NCBI GenBank assembly: GCA_043228905.1
Contig: JBHGNT010000020.1
Location: forward strand, 7,564,001-7,628,000
Direction of reading: 5' to 3'
Length of the DNA stretch: 64,000 nt
From: Azolla caroliniana
Taxonomy: Eukaryota > Plantae > Polypodiophyta
Under the pieces are notes generated by a model that was not told the origin of the DNA, searched no databases, and saw nothing but the letters and a program-made list of their open reading frames with translations. Positions 47,027 through 59,694 of the stretch are shown in pieces (the first letter of the stretch is position 1; every line of letters starts with the position of its first letter). A program made the translations under genes and the position numbers.

Positions 47027-50000
47027 TCATTCCTCTTTTAAGATGTCGAGGATGTTTTCGGGGTCCGGGGTGGTGGCAGGGTGGTCTGGTTGGACTGTCG
47101 GTGCGGCGGGTTGAGTTTGGTCCAGGTGTGTCATATCTTCTCGGGCGTCCGCCTCAGGTGCGGCCGAGTCTTCTGGTGGGGGTGTGGGTTCGAGGGCGCT
47201 GACCTCTACTTCGACTGGATCTAGTACCGTGTGGGCGTCCATGGGATGTCTGTTGGCCGGGGCAAGTTCCTCATGTGTCGTGTCCGTGATCTCCTTGCTG
47301 GAAGGTTCTTCCTTCTGCTCTGTGGCCGTTGGAGGGCTTGTTGGGATTGCTGCGAGTCGTTCTCGTTCGAAGGCTTCTGCTTCCAGGCGAAACAGCATCT
47401 GACCGTCATTGAAGTCCTCCATTATTTGCTTGATTGCCGCGGTGTGAGATTTTGCCAAGGACTGGTAATCCTCGGTTAAATCTGCACGCAGGTTTTGTAT
47501 GCTGGCTTCATCCATTTTGTAAAAGCCGCGGCCCTCCTTCCGTCGGTTCTCGGCGTCGGCGCGTAAAATATGCAATTCGGCAACTTGGGCTGCCCATTCA
47601 TCTCCTGCGCGACTTAATGTTTCCTCGACCTTTTTGGTAAGGTGCTGGCGCCGTTTCTCGATCAGTATTCTTATGCGTGTCTCATCCATGTCGGGTTGTG
47701 CTCGGATGGCTGCTAATTCCTGTTTTAAGCCGTCGACCTCGGCCTGAAGCTTCTTTGCTAGTAGTTCATAGGTGGCTTGAGTGTTCTTTGCATCCATGGT
47801 CACGAGCTGGATAGCCTGCTCGTAATGTTTGGTGAGTTCTTCGGTGGCTTTCTCCCGTTCTTTTTGACACGCGGCCCGGACTTGTTCCCATTCGACAATT
47901 CTCTCTTCTTGTAGGGCGAAGTAGGAATCCGATAATTCGTCTTTTTACTCCGAAAGTAGCTTGCATTTGATGAAAAACTCGTCAGCCATTTCTTTAAGTG
48001 TCGTACGCTGACTCTGCAGCTCGGCATACTCCGCGATCATTCTCTCCTCCCGTTGGCGATTTCTTTCCTCCTGCCGGTGGTTCCAGTCTTTCGCATTGCC
48101 GAGCGCGGCCTATAGGTCTAGGACCTCCTTCTCTTTCTTTGCCAATGTGGCTGCGTATTCCTCCAGCTTGCTTTTGAGTTCGGCTTCTTTGCCCGCGGCT
48201 TGCGCTTGTACCCGGCCCAGTGCTTCGTTCTGCTCATGTAACCTTTGGTCGGCCTGGGCTCTAATCTCGGCCATCTGCTTGGAAGCTTCTTCTTTTAGGC
48301 GAGCCATCGCCTCCTGATGCCGTTGTTCGTGTCTCTCGGTTCGCCGTTGTTCTTCTTTAAGCTCCACGCGGTAATCCCGGAGCAGGGGTTCTGTCTGGGT
48401 TGCCACCTCCTTGGGTGGATGAGGGGGTGGTATCTCGGTCTTCTCCATGGGCGTGGCCGCCTCGGTTGTTGTGCAGGCATCGACCATTTGTAACGAGTCT
48501 GTTTGTGTGCTGGCCTGGATTGTTAGGATTGAATCCGTGACGGTGCTTTCATCTATCATTGTTATGCGTGGAGGGACTGGGAGGGCCTCGGTGGTCGTGG
48601 CCGGAAGGCTCAAGAGTTGTTGTTCCGGCCGGTTTTGCTCCCAAGCTGCCAGTTTCTATTTCACAGCGTGCCATAATTTCGTAGCCACCTTAGCCTGTTT
48701 TTGGGCTGTTTTTATCTTTCGGGCCATGTCTTTGGCTGCCCGCGTAGTGCGATCCAGGTCCCTATATGCCTCGATGAGGGCCGTGTTCAACTCGAGGACC
48801 TCCATGAGGAGAGCGGCCTGTTTTGCCTGCTTCTTCCTCCCTATTTTTTGTAAAGCCCTGTCGTCCTGGGGCTCGATCTCACCTAATAGCGCGCGTTGAA
48901 TCATTTTTGTTTCGGCGTGCTCTTCCGCCATTCGAGCGGCTGCCGCGACTTGGGCTCTAGCGAGGAAGTCGACCAGCTCGAATGTCGTACCAAGGTGTAG
49001 GAGCGCACTAAATTCGTAAGCCTCCGCGGGGAGGTCTTTATAACCGAGGATTTCATCCTCCGAGATCTGCGTTGTCTGCCCATGCTGGATCCTTCCTTGG
49101 TTCAGCAATGCCTCCTCAGGGATGATGGCCAGGTTGCTCTAGCTGACAACTAAGGCTTGCTCCTATTGTGGCTCTTTCTGTTCTGCCGAGGACTCGCGGT
49201 TGAGTCGTCTTCTCTTGCTCGGTTGGGTTTGGGGTTCCGGGGCCGGTAGTGTCGTTTCCTTTGCCTGCTTCCTTTTCTGGGGTCGTGGTGGTGCTGCCTG
49301 CTGTGTGTTGGGGCGTGGGCTAGGCCCTGGGGAAGTTACCGAGGGGCGCGGCGTTGGCTGTCGAATGGTGACATCGTCTGCCGTGTTGTCCTCCGTGGCT
49401 ATCTCCTCCTCCCATTCTTGGCAGGTCTCGGAAACTGCCCTTTTTTGTTGGGGTTGGGTGGGTGGTGGTGCCGATGCGGGGTTTTGGTCGGCGGCAAGAG
49501 GTGAAGGCGATGTGGGCTCCTCCCATGCTTCGTGGCTGATGGCAACGAATTTCTCTTTCTGCCTTCGTGGTGGTGGTGGGGACGTGAGTGTGCGAGGGGA
49601 AGGAAGAGAAGAGGGTGGGTATAGAACCATCAAAAAGTGGGTAAGAATAGACAACATCTTCTTACCGGACTGAAATGAAGCTAAGGCGGCGCGGAGTCCT
49701 TTGCCTGTGATGATTCCCCAATCGATTCTGTTTCCTTCATATGCGCTGATGATGATGGTTTCCTTGTTCTGCGGCATGCTCGTTGGGTTCGTATGCACGA
49801 ACGCATACTCCATTAATATACGAGCAATCTCCCTGAAAGCTCTGTTGGGACCGCCATACGTGCGATATGCCTTCCCTGAGGCTGAGTACTCACCGAAGTA
49901 CTCTTTCATCTTCGATGCCGGGGGTATGTCGACCTCATGGTCCCCTCCCCGTTGCAGGTCCAAAACAACCTGAAGCACGTTGTTGGTGATCGCTTCGGGA

Positions 50001-50122
50001 CAAATACGTTTAGCCACACCTTGGGCATCTGGGTCCGGGGGGGCATCGATGATCTGTAGGTAACCGCCCATTCCTTGTTCCTGGAGCCAGGCGCAGGTTT
50101 CTGTTGAAGCGGTAAGAGGCAT
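47027..50122 (-). pseudogene. Element D ORF3 (interrupted), homolog of C ORF3
   Basis: ORFs 49163-50431, 48656-49108, 48110-48613, 47027-47803. Shares EYFGEYS..KAYRT.GG and LRADAENRRK.G..FYKMDE motifs with C. Confidence 0.8.
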
Positions 50123-50632
50123 GGTGGAGATGGAGATGGGGTTAGACTGTGTGGAAGCGTGAAGAAGAGTGATGAGGCGAGGGCGAGACAGAGGAGGAAC
50201 AGCAGGAAGGGGAAGTTCAGCAGAGGGGTTATGAGAGCGAAAGAGGGCTTGAGAGCAAGAGCGTTTAGAGCGATGAGAGCGAGACGGGGTTTCTGAGCTT
50301 GAGAGCGATGGAGATTGGGAGCGATAATGAACTTCTGTGTCTATGTTGCGTTTTGGAAACGGTTTTAGTAACTTACTCCTAGGGTTTTGTGCCTGAAGCG
50401 AATCCTGAAGATTCTGAGTCATGGGTGCCATAATAAGTGACTAACACCACGTGTCCTGAAGGTGAGTGGGGTGCTTCTAGTGCTTTGCATGTGCTTAAAT
50501 AGGTACTAAATGAGTGGTGGCGAGAGGTGCTCCTAAATTTGTGGGTGGTGTAGGTGTAGCTAATCGGTGACTAAACTATGGTTAATCCTACCTACTACTA
50601 CTTTTATTAATTTCAAGAAGGTGGGTGAGTCC

Positions 50633-53600
50633 TTATTCAGGGGGACACGTGGCCTCCTCCGTGGTGGTTTCCCGAAACGGGTTGGGTGGTGTAGTGCCTC
50701 GATATGGTCGAAGTCGGAAACCATTGGCCCAGCTTTTGACAGTGTCGCCGGCGAGTGTGCCGAGCTGGAACGTCCCGTTGAACTCGTCGATAATCCAGAA
50801 TGGACCGGTCCACCGAAATCGTAATTTTCCCGGCATAGACCCGAGTCGTGTTTGAAAAAGAAGAACCGGTTTGCCGATGGTGAGCTCCTTTTCCAGCCCG
50901 TGTCGATGTCGATCCACGAAAGCCTTGCGTTGCCTTTGGCGTTGTTCGAGCTGGGCCATACTCTCTATCCTATCTTCGCCGAGTTCGAGGAGTTGTTCCA
51001 GCCGGTATTGTTCGGATTGGACCTCGGGGAGCCGTGCTTTGATTTGAACTCGGAGGCTCAGGACTTGGAACTCGACGGGCATTACGGCTTCTAACCCGAA
51101 CGCCATTCGAAAGGGGGTTGATTGGATGCTTGTTTTGAAAGTCGTACGATACGCCCATAGCGCGCTCTGGAGTTTGTCATCCCAATCGGTCCTGTTTTCA
51201 TTGACAATCTTCTTCAGTATGGTTTGGAGGATTTTATTGGTCGATTCCGCCAAGCCGTTCGCCTGCGGGTAGTATGGTGTGCTTTTCTTGTGCACCACTG
51301 CGTAGTGGTGTGTAAGCTCACGTATTATATGATTGATGAAGTGCCCACCTTGGTCACTAACGAGCTCAATTGGGCATCCGTAACGGCACCAGAGGTGCTC
51401 GTACACGAATTTAGCCGTGGATGCCACCGTGTTGTCTCGGAGTGCCTTAGCCTCGACCCATTTGGTGTAGTAATCCATGGCAATGATAATATACCTATTC
51501 CCTGTACGGGCCGTGGGTGGTTTGAAAGGGCCTACAAAATCCAAACCCCATTTTTGAAATGGGTCCAACGGAAGAATCGGCTGGTGTGGCATGCGTGACT
51601 GTTCCATTGGTTGCCCTAGTCGTTGGCACAAATCGCACTGTCGGCAAAACTCGTGAGCGTCTCTCTTCGTTGTCGGCCACCACAATCCACTTTGCCAAAC
51701 TTTCCTTGCCGTGGAACCCCCAGCGTAGTGCCCCCCAACTACTCCCTAGTGGGCCTCCTGAAGAACGGCATTCTTCTCGAATTGTCGAATCGCTCGGCGC
51801 CAGATGCCGTCCGAGCCTTTGTGGTAGAGAATGTCCGAGACGAGGCAAAAATTCCAGCTACGCACTACTAGGCGTTTTCTCGTGTCAAGGGGCATGTGCT
51901 CGGGAGGTAAACCGGTAGTGAGAAAATGGGTCATCTCCGTGATCCATTCATCTTCGTTATCGTCTGGTATCGTGGTCAGGTTAAATAGGCTGGCGTCCGG
52001 TAGCTCGTCGTACGTTGTTTTCGCCGGTTCCCCTGACTCAAGACGGCTCAAGTAGTTGGCGACGGCATGTTGTACCCCGGGTCGATGCTGAATCTGGAAA
52101 TCAAACTCTTGGAGTAGGAGCATCCACCGAGCCAACCGTCCGGTGAGGGCTTGTTTATTGACCAAATAAAGAAGGGCCGAGTGATCCACGTGAAAGGTAA
52201 ATTTTCGGCCCAAGAGGTAATGCTGGAATTTATTGATGCTATAAATCATACCGAGGGCCTCCCTCTCGGTGGTGGAGTAATTCTTTTCTGCAGTCGAGAG
52301 CCGTCGGCTGGCGTAGTACACGGGCCTATACCAATTCGGGGGTGTGCATTGCATCATGGCACTTCCGATGGCGATGTCTGAAGCATCTACGAAGACATGA
52401 AATGGTTTGGACCAAACCGGAGACTGGACCACCGGGGCATGTGACAGCATTAGTTTCAGGGTCTGATAGGCCGTGTCCTCGATTGACGTCCATTGGAAGG
52501 GAAGGCGATGGACTGCCGCGTGTAAATGTGTCGCGAAATCGGCCAGGTGTCGTATCATTCGGCTGTGCCACTGGATCTGTCCCAAAAAACGGCTTAGTGC
52601 CTTAGCGTTTGAGGGTGCAGTGGCGGTCAGGATTGCCTTTACTTTATCCGGGTCCATAGCTATGCCTTCTTGACTGACAATGTGGCCGAGAAGGTTGCCG
52701 CTGGTGACTAAGAACGCGCATTCCGCCGGGTTTAAACTCAATCGAGCTTGGCGACATCGGTCCAGGCAGAGTCGTAACTGGGTCATGTGTTCCCATCGAT
52801 GGCCATACATGGCGAAATCGTCGAGAAAGACTTGCATGAACGTCGGGATGTAGTCATGAAAGATTTCGGTGATGATGTGCTGGAACGTAGCCGGCGCCGT
52901 TTTTAGACCGAACATCATTACTTCTACTATAAAAACACCCCATTCCGTGACGAAAGCGGTTTTCTCCTGATCCTCCGGGTGCATTCTTATTTGGTTATAG
53001 CCGCTAAACCCGTCGAGGAAACTGTAGCATTCGTGGCTGGCTACCGTGTCGAGGACGTTGTTCGTGAATGGGAGAGGGAAACTGTCGGTGACTGTTGCCG
53101 CGTTAAGCTTCCGATAGTCGACGCAGACGTGAATTTTTCCGTTCTTCTTTGGGACCACTACAATCGGGCTCAACCACATGGCCCGTTTAACAAGGCGAAT
53201 GAAGCCCACTCGGAGTAGCTTGTCAATTTCCTCTTTGACTTTAGCGGCGTAGTTGGGGTTCATCCTGTAGCGCCTCTGCTGAACCGGCCGAGTGTCGGGT
53301 AAGATGTGAATTTGATGTTGGTAGTATTGAGGATCCAGGCCCTTCATATCGGTGTAAGACCAAGCGAAAACATCCTGGTAGTTGGTGAGCAATCGTACGA
53401 GGCATGCCTGTTCTCTGGTTGGTAGATTATTGGCAATTTGTAACGTACGGGGATTCTCGTCCGAACCGAGGTTTATTGTTTCCAAGGTTGATGCTTTCAC
53501 TCGTTGTGAAATGGCGAGTTCGTGTTCGAAAGCCTCCCGAGCATGACGTAGCTCGGCAACTGTGGTTGGATCTGGTTCATCTTGGGGTGGTGACTCCTCC

Positions 53601-56030
53601 GTGACTTCCTCGTCTTTAGGTGGCTCGATGGTTGGTAAGGCATTGATTTCGAAGAGAGGGATGATCGTGGGATGATCATCTAGGAAGTCATCGACCTCCT
53701 CATCGGCCAAACCGTCAAGCATATGGACCCCTTCCGCGTATAACGGCGAAGTGTTGAGGGCGACGGGGACTCGTTCTTCAGTGATGATTCGGACTTTTGT
53801 CTTGCCTCTTCGGAACGAGATCATGTTGCGTTGCCAATGTTGCTTGATATTCGTTGTACGCAACCATGGTCAACCTAGTAACATTGGGTAGGCGCCTTGT
53901 GTCTCCAGTCTTAGCACGACGGCCGAGATCGTGAACATGTTGCCTCCGAGTGTGAAGTCGAGATGGCGGATTAAACCATTGGGGCGAACGGAGCGAGTGT
54001 CGGCCATCCGCAGCCAAAAGGGGCATGGTTCCCATTGATTCAGGCCGAGGTTGAGACACGTTGACTCGCTAATAACGTTTACGCCGGATCCGCCGTCGAT
54101 GATGCATCCATGCAGGTCTTGTCCCTTAATGATGATTCGCACGGCTGGGTTCTGAGAATCCATGAGTGGTGGACTGGTTCCTGCTTCGGTGAGGTGTACT
54201 GGTGGCGTCACGGGCTTGGTATTGGCCTGGAGTGCCGCCAGGGTGTCCTGAAATCTCGGCATGAGTGGTAACAGTTTATGTAGGGGCAGCGAGATGCGGG
54301 AGTTGGTAAGAACATCCCATAGTTGGTCGTCCTCTGACGACGTGGATGGTGTCGAGGTTTGTGGTGCTTCACTGGGCTCGTCTCTCATTTCAGTTTGCAT
54401 GCATACGGCATTATTTTTATTGGCCGTGTCGATCCATTCTTTTGCTGCCTGACGGACTTCATCCTGGATTTGCCACTAAGTAGTTTGCGCTTTACTCCGG
54501 GTAGTGACCGTTTGAACATCGGCCATGATATTGTTCACCGCGGGTGCCTTGCCATGGTTGGTTGTTGGACATTGCGTGGCATAGTGGCCTGGTTGGTTAC
54601 ATTTAAAACATGTCACGTTGGCCAAGCTGCTAGTGTTCGCTCGGTCTGTGTGTGGAAGTTGTTGTTGTTGATTCTCAGTCTCGTTTGGTGGTGGGTTGTT
54701 CCCAGGTGCGTTGGAGTTGCGCTGGTCATTTTGAGGAGCGTCCCGTCGGCGGTTGTCGTTAGGTCTTCTATTGTTGCGTGTGTTGCGGTTGCCATTTCAC
54801 CGATCAATGCGTGAGTTCCGTCAGTCATACCGGTCATCGCGATCGTCATCATATCGAGCATAATCGTCGTGTCGGTCATCGTGATAATGATCACGGCGGT
54901 CATCACGTCGGTAGTCGTCATCTCGGCGCCGTCAATCCGGGGATCGCGGTCGGTCGTTATCCTGGTCTCGGTAGACATATTGCTCGTCCTGCCGAGAGTA
55001 TGTATTTCGTGGCTCGATCTGGCGGACCGGTGCTGCCGTTGTGCGGTTCAACATATTATATTCGCATTGCTCGACCGTGTGAGCTCGAGACTGACAGATC
55101 GGACACTGTGGTCGATGGGGACATTCGAGGGCCAGGTGCCCTAATCCTGAACACACCGTGCATTGGAGGGCTTGGCGAAAGCGATTGTCCTCTTGGGGAA
55201 GAGCGTTTTGCAAGGATGTCATCGAGAAGGCCGCGTCGTGCTGGGTCCGATCGAGGGCGAGAACCCGCGCTATGACTTGTTCGATAGTATGGTTGGCGAA
55301 ATTTGTAAGTGCGAGAGTCGTTCGGAGAGGCTCTCGTAAACTGGATAGGAACGTGTCCGGTATATGTTGTGCCGAGACATCATCGGCCACTTGTCTGTAG
55401 AGATCCTGGAACCGGATCGTGAACTGCGCGACCGTTTCGTGCGGTTCCTGGCATATAGAGAAGAATTGCCGGAGCAGTTCCCATTTAGGCACCTCGCGAT
55501 GAAAAAGTTCAAGGAACTTTGTGCGCACGATTTGGAAAGTGGTGGCCTCTCCTATTTCAAGGCGAGAGTACCAACGTGCGACCGGTCCATCGAGGGAGAG
55601 TGTGAACTCGGCAATCTTTGAGGCATCGATTTCGGCCGGCGTGAGGCGGTGCATTGAGTGGTTGGCCTGCCACGTGGATATGAAGGCACGGATGTGTGAC
55701 TCCGCGTCTGGTCCGTCGGTGTATCGTGGGTATGGGTACGGCATGATGTCATACTCTGGGTCTTCTGGTAGCACCGGAAAAGGGTTTAGTTCCGGTTGAT
55801 TAACCTCCGAAGGGCTCGATGGGGGTTTTGGTGGTGAAACAACTCACGATCGAGTGTCCGGTGGCGAGGATTGCACTGGGGAAGCCTTTGATTGCTCGGG
55901 AAAGGATTGGTCAGTGACCGCCGAGTCGGAAGTTCCTTCGACTGGCTCAGGGCGTCGGGCGGGTGACCGAGACCTCGTGGTGCGAGAGGGCGCTGTAACG
56001 GCGGCTGGTGGTTACCTTCAACGAAGTTCG
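50633..56030 (-). pseudogene. Element D gag-pol with premature stops and frameshifts
   Basis: Collinear and homologous with C gag-pol. Confidence 0.9.
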
Positions 56031-57062
56031 TTGTGCACTCACAGCTGTAACCGGGTGTGCCAAATTGTGTTACCCATTCCTTTGGGTGAACACCTTCGAT
56101 AGATCTGCAGCTATCGGTATTCAAGGGCATGGTACGTGAAGGCTCGTAACAGAGGCGTCGAGAGAGAGACAGTGCTCAGAGAGAAAACACTAGCAAGGCC
56201 TTGATAGGCGTGGGCGGCGCTGAAATCATAGGTATGAATCAAAGCACAGACACATGGAACAAACTGGGCACAATTCAGATATATTACTGCGACAGCAAAA
56301 AGATTACAGAACACGGCCTACGGCCGGTGACCTTACAAGATTATCTAGTTACGAGGGACTCAGCTAGTGCTTCCGCCTATATTTTTCCTCTCCCCCTCTC
56401 TGAGGTACTGGTCCTCGTTTAGATAACTTTTCCCCTAATACACAGCCGAGCCGTCGGTGGCCCGTGATACTCGGACTCGGCATTTGCTAATTTCCTAATT
56501 TTACATTTCTGTCCTCTGGACAACAAATAACTCCTTGTCATGTATCTCGTAGTTAATTTCTGCGGCATCAAATTTGCGTGAGTGGAAAGCCACAGGATGT
56601 AACTTTTCTTTATCTCCTTGTTGTGAAAGGATGCTACTGAGGGCGAAATCCGATGCGTTGCCCTCCATGATGAATGGTTGGTTTGTATCCACATGAGCTA
56701 GAATAGGAGCTTATGTAAAGGCTTTCTTAAGATGCATAAAAGCCATGTCCACTTCATTGGACCAAAGAAATGATTGTCCCTTCTTGGTAAGTTGTGTGAG
56801 AGGTAAAATAATCTTCAAGTAATCTTGTATAAACTTGCGGTAGAAGTTAGCAAAGTCTAGGAAACATTGCACATCTCGTAATGAACGTGGAGTTTGCAAC
56901 TCTAGCACAATTTGGACTTTAGCTGGATCCATGGAGATGCCTTTTGAGGAGATGGCGTAGCCTAGAAATTCCACTTGCTTGTAGTCAAAGCTACATTTTT
57001 CTAGCTTGGCATAGAGACCATGCTCACGAAATCGTTTTAGTACTAATAGTACATGAGAATCA

Positions 57063-57629
57063 TGTTGAGAAATCGTTGCGGAATAGGTCACAATAAACAA
57101 ACTACGCGCTAAAATACGAATTACAGAAAATACACTAGAAAGACAGGATAACATATGTACACAGAGATTTACGTGGAAACCCTAAAATAGGGAAAACCAC
57201 GGGAACAGATTCTTCACTATGTCTAGTGGATATACAATACCGAGAGGAATACAACACTCTGTCGAGTGCATCAACCGCAGAGGGCTCTTCGCGTCTGCTG
57301 TTACACACACAACTATGGCGCGGCTCTCACACATACTCTCAATCTCTCTCTCGCTCTCTGCACACTATTCTATTCTACAGTTCTAACTTTGTTCTTTTTT
57401 TTTTCCACACACACAACTAAGAGTGTGCCCTAGTTGCATATATACTTACACAACTTTCTAGTTATTTACATACGTAGCCCTCATGGGGCGCACACTTAGA
57501 CTATTTACAAATTATAGTCTCCCGAGTTGGCTATTTACACATCAACTCGGCTCCTGTTTACCGACTCTTCGACTGTCGGCTTTCCGAACAGTCGGATCAT
57601 CCTCCCACTGGAGGGACATACATCCAACA
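57063..57629 (-). mobile_element. Solo LTR E (567 bp) inserted in the RT of A
   Basis: TGTTG...CAACA ends, TSD AATCA (57058-62 and 57630-34). Orientation tentative. Confidence 0.9.
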
Positions 57630-59368
57630 AATCATGCTCTTCTTGGGTCTTCGAATAAATCAATCAATCATCTAGATAGATGATCAAACAGATATCCAAG
57701 AGATCTCTGAATATATCATTTGCCATGTGCTGGAAGACTGCGGGCGCATTGGTTAGACCGAACGGCATAACGGTATACTTGAAGTGGCCATATCGGGTGC
57801 GAAAAGCGGCCTTCCATTCGTCTACCGGTCAGATCCACACGAGGTTATATGCTCCTCGTAAGTCGATTTTTGTAAAAAGTTTGGCACCATTTAGACGTTC
57901 TAATAGACTTGATATAAGGGGAAGTGCATACCTATTCCAAATGGTGACCTTATTGAAGCCGCGGTAATCAACGTTGAGACGAAGGGATCCATCTTTCTTT
58001 TTGACAAAGAAAATGGGTGCACCGATCGGAGATTTCGAATGACGAATAAACCCGCTTGCCAAATTCTCTTCTATGTAGGCTCGAAGGACTTCCAACTCGG
58101 TTGGTGACAAGTTGTAAATCGGTCCCCACGGTGGCTTTGTTCCTGGTTGTAAATCAATGGGACAATCATAGGGACGATGATGAGGAAGAGTACTAGCTCT
58201 GACCTTGTCAAATACATCAGCATAAGGATGATATTTCGCGGGAAGTTGAACTAAGGATTCGTTTTTAATAGTGTTGGATGGATGTACTGATATTGCAAAT
58301 AGAAACATTGACTCCTTACGTCCTTCTTCGCGTAATTGATGGAGCGAAATGGTCAAAACTCGATGAGTAGATTCTTGGGGTTGTTGATATCGGACTTCTC
58401 TTGTTCTCCAATCTATGTCTGGATTATGTACTTCAAACCAAGGTAATCCCAGGACAATGGGATGCTCTGGACTACTAATTATATTAAATGATACCACACA
58501 CACAAAGCTATCTAAGACAACTTGAATGGGTTCTGACTCTTCTACGATATTCCTAGAAGCAATGAGACGACCATCAATGACTACTACATATGCAGGGCAA
58601 GGAAGTTTTCTTAAGGATATCTGAGAAGCTTGGGCAAAATTCCGATCCATGAAACAGGATTTGGCTCCGGAATCTAAAAGTGTTAAGACATGTATTGGAG
58701 GGGTCCTTTTAGTACTAATCATGACTTGGGCTAAGAACACATTGCTAACTTGCTTAGAGGGAATGAAATCACTAATGGGTTGCACAAATCTAGGGTTGTC
58801 CAACCAAACGGCTTCTATTTTGGCTGGATTTAGTCATTTAACTCTTCCTCTAATTGATTAAGGATTTCAAATTTGTTTGAGATACTTGGGTTATCAGTAC
58901 TATTAATACTATCAGACACTCCTAAGGGAATTGACTCGGGTTTAGTATAGGCTACGATGTGATTTACCTATCTTCTTGGCCTATGGAGACAGTTTTAACC
59001 AAATTTTCCATCTGGTCTTCTTTTCGGTTTCCCTCATCCTCTTACCCTTTTTTACAATACTATGGCTACTGTTAGCGCCCATGAATATCAATCTGTTTTT
59101 TCGAGCTACAATGTCTAAAAGAAAATTTTGTTGCATTGGAACAAGAAAACCAATGATTGTTAGGGGATCTTCAACAAATTGCTTTAGAAAAACAGCAAAT
59201 GTAGGAACAACAACATGGGGAGTTAGCGTTACGTATACAACAACTCGAAGCAACCATCGTAGCGTTACAACAACAAAGATCAAGTTCCCAAGGACTTCAT
59301 AAAGAGCCCAAGATTGGTCTTCCTGTGAAATTCGATGGAACGCGCTCACAATTCAGAGGATTTCCTTA

Positions 59369-59694
59369 TGGCAAGATTCGGCAAGATTTGGTACTAAAGA
59401 AGGGAAGTACTATTAGTACTAAGAGGACGAACTGCGTAAGACTCAAGAGAGAGAGAGAGAGAGAGAGAGAGATAGGATGATGATAACAGATGATATATTA
59501 GGTGAAGAGTAAGTACAAAATAGCTATGAGGCTTAAGACTGGCGTGGAACCAATTTTCTGGAATATACAATAATTTTCTATAGTAAAAGTTAAATGAAAA
59601 TAATATCATACGTATTACAATAGATAATGTAATGGTCAAGAGCTCGACCTATATAACATAAGGTTATGGGTTCGAGTCTTGCTATATCATGACA
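59369..59694 (-). repeat. 5' LTR of chromovirus A
   Basis: On - strand TGTCATGA...TCTTGCCA, 326 bp. Start resembles B LTR (CAAGA[C/T]TCGAAC). Copia gag resumes at 59695. Confidence 0.75.

Larger units (their letters stand above)
46470..56525 (-). mobile_element. Non-chromovirus gypsy D, full-length, same lineage as C, dual PBS
   Basis: 458-bp LTRs at 46470-46927 and 56068-56525, TSD AATAA, PBS TGGCACACCCGG on - (56051-56062). Gag 54932-55774, PR 53870-54400, RT/RH 51746-53863 (VFLDDFAM), IN 50633-51685. Confidence 0.96.
24120..59694 (-). mobile_element. Chromovirus A (Tcn1/Tf1-sushi-like gypsy), split by four insertions, 3' end deleted
   Basis: Segments: 24120-24281 (chromodomain start), 30037-30158 and 45066-46469 (integrase, RH end), 56526-57062 (RT/RH), 57630-58979 (RT, protease LLDSGA), inverted gag start 58980-59368, 5' LTR 59369-59694. 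Reading frames rejoin across each TSD. Confidence 0.85.

Noticed and set aside
33171-56525. Reading C and D as + strand elements (PBS after left LTR) with inverted interiors
   Set aside because: No PPT precedes the right LTR either. A canonical PBS adjoins gag on -, and C's LTR TATA (CCTATAAAAG) is on -.
59620-59690. tRNA-like A/B boxes (GGGTTCGAGTC)
   Set aside because: No cloverleaf. It lies inside the LTR of element A.
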